A stretch of DNA of 64,000 nt from an uncultured Desulfurococcales archaeon (GTDB lineage: Archaea > Thermoproteota > Thermoprotei_A > Sulfolobales > WANQ01): contig CAYXRT010000009.1 of assembly GCA_964467535.1 (NCBI GenBank), forward strand, positions 63 to 64,062. The letters run 5' to 3'. Positions 35,884-43,897 of this stretch are shown here, piece by piece. A program made the position numbers and the translations under genes. Within the stretch, counting starts at the first letter, position 1, and every line of letters starts with the position of its first letter. The notes beneath the pieces are model-generated. The model searched no databases. It had not been told where the DNA came from and saw only the letters and a list, made by a program, of their open reading frames with translations.

Positions 35884-37237
35884 GCATTTCAGCCACTTTT
35901 CTTCCCTTTTCAGTGAGTTTGTAAACTTTCCTTCTACTCTTAACTATCGACGTAATCAAGCCTCTCGATTCTAGTTCTGATAAATGCTGGTATACTGCTT
36001 GTGGTGTTATTTTTGATAGAAATGTTTTCCATATATGATACCCATGGATTTCCCCATGTTCGTAAAGTATCCTCAATATCTGGAGCTTCGTTGATGGTAT
36101 AAGATACTTCCGAGGATGCCTTCTGTATTGCGTAAATACATCAAAAGCCTTAAGACCTGTTCCCGTTAGTAGTACAACAACGTTTTCATTAGAGTCTATA
36201 ACTCCCTGCTCAACCAGTAATTTAAGACCAGCAATTGCAGCTCCAGCTGCGGGTTCAACAAATAATCCTTCAAGTTTTGCTAACTCTATTGTAGAGTCAT
36301 ATATTTCATTTAATGAAACTATAACACCATAACTATTTACTCTTGATAATATTCTAGCAATATAATCTGCTAAAGGATTATCGCAATAGCTTAGCCCTAC
36401 TACTAGGCCATGTTCCCTCCCTTCACCTCCATGGATATACCTCATCATTAAAGCTATTGTAGGGCATGTAGTTGTTTGAACTATATGTATTGCTGGAATG
36501 GAATCTACTATGCCTAACTCCATTAGCTGCTTAAACCCTAAGTATATTGAAAGCGCTGTTACCCCCGAACCTGTAGGTACAACTAAGTGATTTGGGGCTT
36601 GCCCCAATTGATAATATATTTCATAAGCTATGGTTTTAAGGCCTTCAATGCTTAGACAGTTAGCTTCAGCTGTCGCTTCATAGTAATTTAGCTTTATAGC
36701 TATTTCATGAGCTTTCTTTGAAGCTTCATCAAGTGTTTCCCCCTGTTCTATTATCTCTGCTCCATGAATTCTCATTTGTATTACTTTTCCCGTATCAGCT
36801 AACTTAGGTATAACAACTAAAGGTGTAAGACCTATTCTACTACAATAAGCAGCCATGCTCGCTCCAAGATTACCGTCACTAGCGCAGACTATGTTTTTAA
36901 CACCTATACTTAACGCATGACTTAAAATTATGGCGGCAACTCTATCCCTAAAACTACCAGTAGGATTACGGCATTCATCTTTGAACCATAAATTATTTAG
37001 TTTAAGCTTGGAGGCTATATTATTTGATGGAAACAAAGGGGTAAATCCTTCATCCATACTAACCTTATGTTTAAATCTAGGTAAGAGGCTGGAGAACTTC
37101 CAAATACCATGTTCTTGGAACATTATCTTCCATTTAATATCTATACTATCATAGTCATATAGAACTAAGCTTCCGCATTTAGGACAAATCATGTAGGGAT
37201 TAACTAGCTTATGGCTGTGACGAATACATTTAAACAT
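35867..37237 (-). CDS. Threonine-synthase-like fold-type II PLP-domain protein fused to a C-terminal PadR-like wHTH; PLP lysine replaced by Arg
   Basis: N-terminal Zn-ribbon ICPKCGS. NPTGSFRDRVAA where the family has SFKDR. CASDGNLGASMAAY. C-terminal GYHIWKTF...VYQHLSELESRGLITS...YKLTEKG. Confidence 0.8.
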   Translation of the reverse strand: MFKCIRHSHKLVNPYMICPKCGSLVLYDYDSIDIKWKIMFQEHGIWKFSSLLPRFKHKVSMDEGFTPLFPSNNIASKLKLNNLWFKDECRNPTGSFRDRVAAIILSHALSIGVKNIVCASDGNLGASMAAYCSRIGLTPLVVIPKLADTGKVIQMRIHGAEIIEQGETLDEASKKAHEIAIKLNYYEATAEANCLSIEGLKTIAYEIYYQLGQAPNHLVVPTGSGVTALSIYLGFKQLMELGIVDSIPAIHIVQTTTCPTIALMMRYIHGGEGREHGLVVGLSYCDNPLADYIARILSRVNSYGVIVSLNEIYDSTIELAKLEGLFVEPAAGAAIAGLKLLVEQGVIDSNENVVVLLTGTGLKAFDVFTQYRRHPRKYLIPSTKLQILRILYEHGEIHGYHIWKTFLSKITPQAVYQHLSELESRGLITSIVKSRRKVYKLTEKGRKVAEMLNELY

Positions 37238-37307
37238 CCTATTAACCTCTACATATTCACGTACTTAATAGGCTATTAAGGACTGAAAAATTTACTTTAT
37301 ATCTTAG

Positions 37308-37362
37308 ATGATGATTTACTCCCGGACTCGAATTGGTGGATGTAGATAACTTACCCAGCTGA
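37308..37362 (+). ncRNA. C/D box sRNA candidate
   Basis: ATGATGA-tttactcccgga-CTCG-aattggtgg-ATGTAGA-taacttacccag-CTGA. C and D boxes are perfect, both guides are 12 nt, and D'/C' are degenerate. Intergenic between two minus-strand genes. Confidence 0.5.
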
Positions 37363-37363
37363 A

Positions 37364-38722
37364 TTATTCTTCATATTTTTTAACTATTAGTATTCCCTCT
37401 TCTTTCCCTATGACTATGACTTTATCACCAGGCTTTATATGTTCATCACTTAACGCTCTCCAATATTCCCCTTCAACGACTATGTACCCAGGTTTTTCTG
37501 GGCCTATTGGGTCTATAGCTCTGCCTATTTTTCCTTTAAATTCCCAAAGTGTTACTCTCCTTTTTCTCACTTTGACTACCTTGTATAGTATTAAACTTGT
37601 TAGTGCACCAAAAAATATTCCTATACTTATTCCTGTTATCCTAAGTGTTTCCCAGTAACCTGCTCCTGGACCTATGTACCACTTTCCGCCTGTTGGCAAT
37701 AACATGAATCCTACTGCTAACATTACTATACCACTTCCCCCTATGATACCAAATCCGGGTGTTACTAACTCTATGGTCAATAAAATAGCGCCAAGTACTA
37801 GTAAGAACATTGCCGCTAGGTTTACATTAAAGCCGCTACCTAGTAATCCTAACATTAGTAATAAAACACCTATTGGTGTTATATGTAAGTGTGCAGATAG
37901 TATACTAAATATGGTTACGAGAAAGCCTATAGACATTAATAGACCTGAAACCATAGGATCACTTAATACTTTAATGAACCTTACCCTAATACTTCCTTCA
38001 TACCTTAATATTTTATAGCCTTTAGTTATCAGAACTGCTTCCTTATTACCTATAAGTTTAACTTTATAGCCATCTATTTTTACCAATAAGTCGTCTAGGT
38101 TATCTGCTAAAACCTCTATTAATTTTAGCTTGAGTGCCTCATTAGCATCGTAATTAGCATTTTCTGTTATACATTTTATAGCTGCTGTTACATTTCTACC
38201 TCTATATTCAACATATTGTTCAACTTTCTTAGTGAGTGCGTTAATTATTTTTGTATCATTTACTGGCGTATAAGCTCCAGTAACAGGATCATAAAGTACA
38301 GGCTGCATTGAACCTATTGTTGTTATTGGTTGCATCGCAGCTATGTGTGTTGAGAAGAGAATAAGTGTTCCTGCACTTAAGGCCCATCTACCAACTACAT
38401 ATCCCACTATAGGTACATCACTATTAGCTATGGTATCAGCTATTTCAAATGCTGGATCTAAGAGGCCGCCAGGGGTATTGAGTTCCATGACTATTAGTGC
38501 TTTTTCATCACGTGCTATATCTATGGCTTCCTTAATGTAGTCTACAGTCCATGTTGATATGGTTCCATCAACCCTAATCACTATTACCTTAGGTCCATAA
38601 ACATTTTCAGAGTAAGTTGAGTGTCTTAGTTCTACCGCTCCTAAGGTTATGACTACGTTACCGAATAATATGAGTGTAAGCAACAGAAGATATAGAAAAA
38701 TAAATATTTTCCTCGTTAGCAT
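37364..38722 (-). CDS. NfeD-like membrane-bound ClpP-class serine protease (stomatin-operon partner)
   Basis: 452 aa. Signal/TM segment, ClpP-like domain (LNTPGGLLDPAFEIADTI), TM block and a C-terminal OB-like NfeD domain. Immediately downstream of the stomatin gene. Confidence 0.85.
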   Translation of the reverse strand: MLTRKIFIFLYLLLLTLILFGNVVITLGAVELRHSTYSENVYGPKVIVIRVDGTISTWTVDYIKEAIDIARDEKALIVMELNTPGGLLDPAFEIADTIANSDVPIVGYVVGRWALSAGTLILFSTHIAAMQPITTIGSMQPVLYDPVTGAYTPVNDTKIINALTKKVEQYVEYRGRNVTAAIKCITENANYDANEALKLKLIEVLADNLDDLLVKIDGYKVKLIGNKEAVLITKGYKILRYEGSIRVRFIKVLSDPMVSGLLMSIGFLVTIFSILSAHLHITPIGVLLLMLGLLGSGFNVNLAAMFLLVLGAILLTIELVTPGFGIIGGSGIVMLAVGFMLLPTGGKWYIGPGAGYWETLRITGISIGIFFGALTSLILYKVVKVRKRRVTLWEFKGKIGRAIDPIGPEKPGYIVVEGEYWRALSDEHIKPGDKVIVIGKEEGILIVKKYEE

Positions 38723-38733
38723 CAGTCTACTAC

Positions 38734-39522
38734 CTACTCTCTTGTTCTTGTCTGCTGTAATGCTCTAGTTAAAGCAGCTATTTCTGATATCCTTTCAACT
38801 CCTCCCGCCGATGACACTACTATAAGGTTCTTTTCTCTAGCAATCTCTACAAGTGTTTGTAATTCTCTAAGGCGAAGTGCTACCGGATGCTTCTCATATA
38901 GCTCAGCTGCTTCAGTCATGATCTTAGCAGCTTGTTTCTCACCTTCGGCTTCGATTATTCTTGCTCTCCTCCATCTCTCTGCTTCAGCTTGTTTAGCCAT
39001 AGCCCTGAGCATCGTCTCAGGTAACTTAACTTCCTTTAATGTTACTGCTGTAACCTTAATACCCCAGGGATCTGTAAGTTCATCAAGTATTTTCTGTAGT
39101 CTCTTATTGATCTCTTCTCTTCTCATAAGTAGGTCGTCTAATTCTACCTGACCTACAATATCTCTTAGTACTGTTTGCGCAAGCATTGATACCGCATAGT
39201 GGTAGTTTTCAACTTTAGTTATGGCTAATATGGGATCAGCAACTCTGTAGTATATTACTGCATCTACACCTACAGTAACGTTATCCTTTGTTATAATCCT
39301 CTGCTCAGGTACATCAACTGCTATTACTCTTAAATCTACTCTAACAAAGCTATCGACTCCAGGTATTATGAAGAATAATCCGGGTCCCTTAGCTCCAAGC
39401 AGTCTTCCTAATCTAAAGATAACCGCTCTTTCGTACTCTTTTACTATCTTTATAGCCATAGAGAGAAATACTAAGGCTATGAAAGCGACAAATATTAAGG
39501 CTATTTGGAACGGCTCCAACAT
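38734..39522 (-). CDS. SPFH/Band 7 stomatin-like protein
   Basis: 262 aa. IVKEYERAVIFRLGRLLGAKGPGLFFIIPGVD and a coiled-coil AEAERWRRARIIEAEGE, typical of prokaryotic stomatins. Confidence 0.9.
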   Translation of the reverse strand: MLEPFQIALIFVAFIALVFLSMAIKIVKEYERAVIFRLGRLLGAKGPGLFFIIPGVDSFVRVDLRVIAVDVPEQRIITKDNVTVGVDAVIYYRVADPILAITKVENYHYAVSMLAQTVLRDIVGQVELDDLLMRREEINKRLQKILDELTDPWGIKVTAVTLKEVKLPETMLRAMAKQAEAERWRRARIIEAEGEKQAAKIMTEAAELYEKHPVALRLRELQTLVEIAREKNLIVVSSAGGVERISEIAALTRALQQTRTRE

Positions 39523-39667
39523 GCCCTTTATACCTCACTTTACACTTATGGCTACTAGGCTTAAATACTCTTTCCTAACCCGTGGATTTATGATGCTATG
39601 GAGATACCTTAAATACCTAAATGATTCATAATTATCATTGAAGTATCAGCTAGCTAGGTGATTGGTT

Positions 39668-40345
39668 ATGACAAAGTATGCAGCAGCTCTTTATTCTGGA
39701 GGGAAGGATAGTACTTACGCTTTACACTTAGCTTTCCTCCAAGGATACAAAATTGAATGCTTAATTGTTATACTACCTCCAGAAGGTTCTGAGCTCTATC
39801 ATACACCGCACGCCGACCTTATACTATTACAAGCGAAAGCACTAGGATTACCCATAATTAAGGTTTACGGAGATGGAATGAGCGTTCTAAGGACTGCCCT
39901 GAACGTATTGAAGAACAGCTATTCTCACGTTGATTATATAATTACGGGTGCTCTAAGATCTGATTTCCAGCGAATTAGGTTTAACTTTATTGCGAGTGAA
40001 TATGGGCTAAAAGTTATCTCACCTCTTTGGAGAAAGAACCAAGAATACTATTTACGTGAAATAGTAAGACATGGAATAGAGTTCACGCTCATATCTATAT
40101 CAGTCAAAGGCTTACCGCCTAAGTATCTAGGGAAGGCATTAAACGAGGAAGATATTGAGGAAATAATAAGATTAAGTAGAATTCATGGATTTAACCCTGC
40201 ATTCGAAGGTGGTGAGGCAGAAACATTAGTGCTTGACGCCCCATTATTTAAAAAGAGGCTGGTATTAGAAGACTATAAAATAAGTCGTGAACACGAGTAT
40301 GTCTTCAAATTGATAATTAAGAGAATCAAGGTTGTAGAGAAGTGA
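39668..40345 (+). CDS. dph6: Diphthine-ammonia ligase (MJ0570/DUF71 PP-loop ATPase)
   Basis: PP-loop YSGGKDS, plus PLW and FEGGEAETLVLDAPLF. ATG 39668 preferred, since AGGTGA lies 8 nt upstream. Confidence 0.8.
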   Translation: MTKYAAALYSGGKDSTYALHLAFLQGYKIECLIVILPPEGSELYHTPHADLILLQAKALGLPIIKVYGDGMSVLRTALNVLKNSYSHVDYIITGALRSDFQRIRFNFIASEYGLKVISPLWRKNQEYYLREIVRHGIEFTLISISVKGLPPKYLGKALNEEDIEEIIRLSRIHGFNPAFEGGEAETLVLDAPLFKKRLVLEDYKISREHEYVFKLIIKRIKVVEK

Positions 40346-41619
40346 GTGAGCCTATACTCATTAAAGAACCAAGTTATATAATCGACTCTAGGGGTATTAG
40401 AAGAGGTCGATCATTCAATTTGACAGAGAACGGGATTACCTTTAAAAACTTAAATAAAAGCGGATATGTAATCAATGCTAAGGGCAAGATCGTCTCTATA
40501 GGTTTTTATAATTGCCATTGCCATGTTCCAATGATTTTTCTTGCAGGTATAGCATCAAATTTAGGTTTCTGGAGCTGGCTCCATAGGATTATCAATGTAG
40601 AAGCGAAGCTCATAGAAAAAAGTATACTTAATGATAAAGTAACTTATTACGCCTCATTAATTTTTATTTCACTTCACATCAGGAATGGATGTTGTGGCAT
40701 TGTAGACATGTATTTTAACTGGACCGCCACCGTTCAAGCCTGTAAAAAGCTTGGTGTAAGGATTCTTTCAGGACCTGTTAATCCTATTTCTTGGAATCAC
40801 TTTAAAGCTGAAGTTAATCGTGTTGATTATGAGTTATTTAAGCCTATAATTAATATGCATAGCCTTTACGGTGTTAAACCTGAGATCATGAAAGATGTTG
40901 TTAATGAAATTAGAAATCATATACCTTGGATCAAACTTCATATACATGTAAGTGAGACAAGAGACGAAGTCTATAAGATTTGGTTGAAGTATAGGAGGTT
41001 ACCGATACAATTGCTTGATGAATACAATTTAACAAATAATGCCTTATTAGTTCACTTATGTTGGATAACTTATAGTGAAATAGAGCTATTAAGGCACAGG
41101 AAATGTTTTATAGCACATTGTCCTACTTCAAATGCCTTGCTTTATACTGGCAGTGTTGCCCCTGTAGCTGAACTAGATAAAGTTGGTGTTAAGGTTACAT
41201 TAGGTACTGATGGTTTCAATCCTAGTTATGAAGTTAATTTACGTAGAGTAGCTAAGGACTCTGTTTTACAATTACGACAACAATATTGGTCAGCTGAAGT
41301 AACTGCATGGGATGTTTATAGGTTTCTAGCAGTAAATGGTGCAAAGCTATTTAATGTAGACAATATAATAGATGAGGGAACAAGTCCTGATATAGTCATT
41401 CTCAATGTAGCAAACGAGATCAAAAGTATTGTAAACGAAAATAACCTTATGGAGTTTATAATTTATGCCCCCGAATTAACACCTATCGATACTGTAATAG
41501 TTAGTAAGAAAGTGATATATAGTAAAAGATTCAACATAGGTATTGAAAAAGAACTAGAACGAGCATCAGTTGAGATATTAAGAGCTAGAAGCAGGTTACT
41601 CGAGATAGTAAGACAATAA
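40342..41619 (+). CDS. Amidohydrolase-superfamily protein (nucleoside/MTA-SAH deaminase-like)
   Basis: 425 aa. HxH metal motif as NCHCHVPM, later HVSET and GTDG. GTG start overlapping the dph6 stop. Confidence 0.7.
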   Translation: MSEPILIKEPSYIIDSRGIRRGRSFNLTENGITFKNLNKSGYVINAKGKIVSIGFYNCHCHVPMIFLAGIASNLGFWSWLHRIINVEAKLIEKSILNDKVTYYASLIFISLHIRNGCCGIVDMYFNWTATVQACKKLGVRILSGPVNPISWNHFKAEVNRVDYELFKPIINMHSLYGVKPEIMKDVVNEIRNHIPWIKLHIHVSETRDEVYKIWLKYRRLPIQLLDEYNLTNNALLVHLCWITYSEIELLRHRKCFIAHCPTSNALLYTGSVAPVAELDKVGVKVTLGTDGFNPSYEVNLRRVAKDSVLQLRQQYWSAEVTAWDVYRFLAVNGAKLFNVDNIIDEGTSPDIVILNVANEIKSIVNENNLMEFIIYAPELTPIDTVIVSKKVIYSKRFNIGIEKELERASVEILRARSRLLEIVRQ

Positions 41620-41638
41620 GAATGTTAAGGGGTCTTAA

Positions 41639-42088
41639 TTGGCAGATAAGCCTAGTATAAGAAGGAAGGGATTTCAGTACGAACGTGAGTTAATTCGATT
41701 ACTGTGGAAAAAGGGCTTTGCATGTCTCCGTGCCCCCGCCAGCGGTAGTAAAGCTAAAAGGATTATATATCCTGATCTTATAGCCTTAAAGAACGGGGTA
41801 ATCCTTGTATTTGAAGTTAAGGTACGAAGCAAGCTTGAACCCATTTACATTAATAAAGAAAAGGTAAATAAACTAATAGAATTCTGTTATAGAGCAGGCG
41901 GCTTAGGTTTCATAGCTGTTAAGTATCTTGGAGCAACCAACTGGAGGTTTATACCAATAGATAGACTTGAGGCAACCTCTTCAGGAAATTATAAGATTAC
42001 TAAGGAGCTTGTTGAAAAAGGATTAAATATTAACGACTTAATTAGATTAACACGAAAGGAGAGTTTACTTAAATATCTAAATAAATAA
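41639..42088 (+). CDS. hjc: Holliday junction resolvase Hjc
   Basis: 149 aa. KGFQYERELIRLLWKKGFACLRAPASGS...YPDLIALKNGVILVFEVKVR matches the Hjc nuclease core (E...SG...D...EVK). Confidence 0.8.
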   Translation: MADKPSIRRKGFQYERELIRLLWKKGFACLRAPASGSKAKRIIYPDLIALKNGVILVFEVKVRSKLEPIYINKEKVNKLIEFCYRAGGLGFIAVKYLGATNWRFIPIDRLEATSSGNYKITKELVEKGLNINDLIRLTRKESLLKYLNK

Positions 42089-42137
42089 AAAGTCATAGAA
42101 AGTTTAAGTCACATGAGAAGAGCCAAGGTGATTATAT

Positions 42138-42278
42138 GTGCCTGAGCATGTAAAATATTGTCCTACATGTAGATTCGTATACAGAGATCCACATTTCAAA
42201 ATATGTATTATTTGCGGTTCTGCATTAATTGAATTAAAGGGTTTGCTAAAGGAACCTAAGCCTTATACTTACTCCTAA
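42138..42278 (+). CDS. Unannotated 46-codon zinc-ribbon mini-protein (candidate)
   Basis: GTG start with AAGGTGA 7 nt upstream. Translation VPEHVKYCPTCRFVYRDPHFKICIICGSALIELKGLLKEPKPYTYS has a CPxC...CxxCG ribbon. Its 3' end overlaps the convergent ATPase gene by 33 nt. Confidence 0.35.
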   Translation: MPEHVKYCPTCRFVYRDPHFKICIICGSALIELKGLLKEPKPYTYS

Positions 42279-43823
42279 GCTTCTCTCTAATTTCTTGATC
42301 TTCTTTAATATTCTCCTATTAATGGCATTAGCATATTCATTCGGTATACTTAATATGACGTTATTTCCTTGTATAAGTATGTCCATTCCCGGTATTGATA
42401 TTACTTTTTCAAGTTCTCTTCTAATTTTCGTTTCTATTAATGATGGTCTAATCTTCTTGACAGGAACAACCATTGTTTGCTCTCCGAAGGTGTATATTTC
42501 ATATTCTAATTCTCCTGTTAGAAAGTCTCTTATTTCAACAACCGGTCTAGCAAGCTCTGCTTCCTTCAATCCTGTTGGTAATTTAACTGTCATGCTGAGA
42601 ACATAAACCTTAGTTACTTTTCCATATTCAATGAATATTACTGTATCTATAATACTTGGTATCATACCTAACTCTACCCTCCTTAAGAATCTTTGGATAG
42701 CATCTATAGGTGATGTAGCGTGTACTACACCTATCATTCCTATTCCTGCAAGTCTAAGATCTACATATAAATTAAAGTCCGCATCATCTCTCATTTCGTC
42801 AAACACAGTATAATCAGGTCTACTTAATAATAATATGTCATGTAATTCTTCACTAGTACCATAAGCTTTAGATAACTGGGTGACTTCTGCTGGTAATCTC
42901 ATGTCTCTTGGAGATTCAAGTGTTTTTACTACTTTACCTTTCCTCATGTAGTATTCTGCTAGTGCTTGCGCGAATGTGGTCTTACCCATACCTGGTGCTC
43001 CGGCTATGAGAATTCCTTCAGCTTTTTCCTCAAGTCTCTTCATTAGCTTTGGAGGTAAGTTATAATCTTCTAACTTAAGTTTTACTAATGGTCTAACTAT
43101 AGTTATTTCCCATCCATCACTTAATGGAGGTCTGACTATGATTATTCTATAGTCTCCTAACTGTACTATTGTTGAGCCTTTTCTATCAATTTCTATAAAT
43201 CCATCTCTTCTCCTCTTTGCAGCTTCAATTATTTCTCTAGCTATTCCCTCGATTTCTTCTCTGCTCAAGGGTCTATTACCTATATTTTCATACGTCCAAT
43301 AACCAGGAGTACCCTTCTTAGCTTTCGGCGGAACGCCTTCCTTAAGGTGAACACTCATAGTTTTATCATCAAATAATTCGTCTACCAAGAGCTTTTCCTT
43401 AGTTGATGGAGGTATATATAGGACTTTCATACCTATAGCTCTAGCTACTGCTGCCTGTACTTTATCACCAGTAACAAGAGTGGCTCCCACTTCGTACGCG
43501 AAATCTCTTATAAGAGCATCAATTGTACCTGTTTCGGCATATTTAATGTCTGAGGGTCTAGGTCTTTCACCAGCTATTTCAATAATTACTAAGCCCTTAG
43601 CCTCCATTTCCCTAAGCTTAGCTATTTCTTCTAAACCCGTGAAGCCCGTAACCTTACCCTCATTAGCTTGATGTTCAAGTTCAGCTAGAACAGCTTTATG
43701 AATAATTATCTTACCCCTAATAACTCCTTGCTCAATGAGTTTACTAACTACCCCTTCAATTAGAACACTTGTATCAGGTACATACACCTCCCGCTCCTTT
43801 GCAGGGAACACTAATCCGCTCAC
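42246..43823 (-). CDS. PIN-domain / PilT-like ATPase / KH-domain protein (COG1855-type)
   Basis: 525 aa. N-terminal PIN-like YVPDTSVLIEG, Walker A GAPGMGKTTFAQALA, and a KH-like C-terminus. Confidence 0.8.
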   Translation of the reverse strand: MSGLVFPAKEREVYVPDTSVLIEGVVSKLIEQGVIRGKIIIHKAVLAELEHQANEGKVTGFTGLEEIAKLREMEAKGLVIIEIAGERPRPSDIKYAETGTIDALIRDFAYEVGATLVTGDKVQAAVARAIGMKVLYIPPSTKEKLLVDELFDDKTMSVHLKEGVPPKAKKGTPGYWTYENIGNRPLSREEIEGIAREIIEAAKRRRDGFIEIDRKGSTIVQLGDYRIIIVRPPLSDGWEITIVRPLVKLKLEDYNLPPKLMKRLEEKAEGILIAGAPGMGKTTFAQALAEYYMRKGKVVKTLESPRDMRLPAEVTQLSKAYGTSEELHDILLLSRPDYTVFDEMRDDADFNLYVDLRLAGIGMIGVVHATSPIDAIQRFLRRVELGMIPSIIDTVIFIEYGKVTKVYVLSMTVKLPTGLKEAELARPVVEIRDFLTGELEYEIYTFGEQTMVVPVKKIRPSLIETKIRRELEKVISIPGMDILIQGNNVILSIPNEYANAINRRILKKIKKLERSLGVSIRLRFL

Positions 43824-43897
43824 TCTATAGGCACCATACTATCCTTAATTTGGAGAGACTTTAAATGCTGAAAAGTTAATAAAGTAATATGAGATCA

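Noticed and set aside
39570-39650. ATGATGC ... ATGATTC strings upstream of dph6, C/D-like.
   Set aside because: Both boxes are imperfect and no CTGA D box follows at 12 nt. This is more likely promoter/leader sequence.
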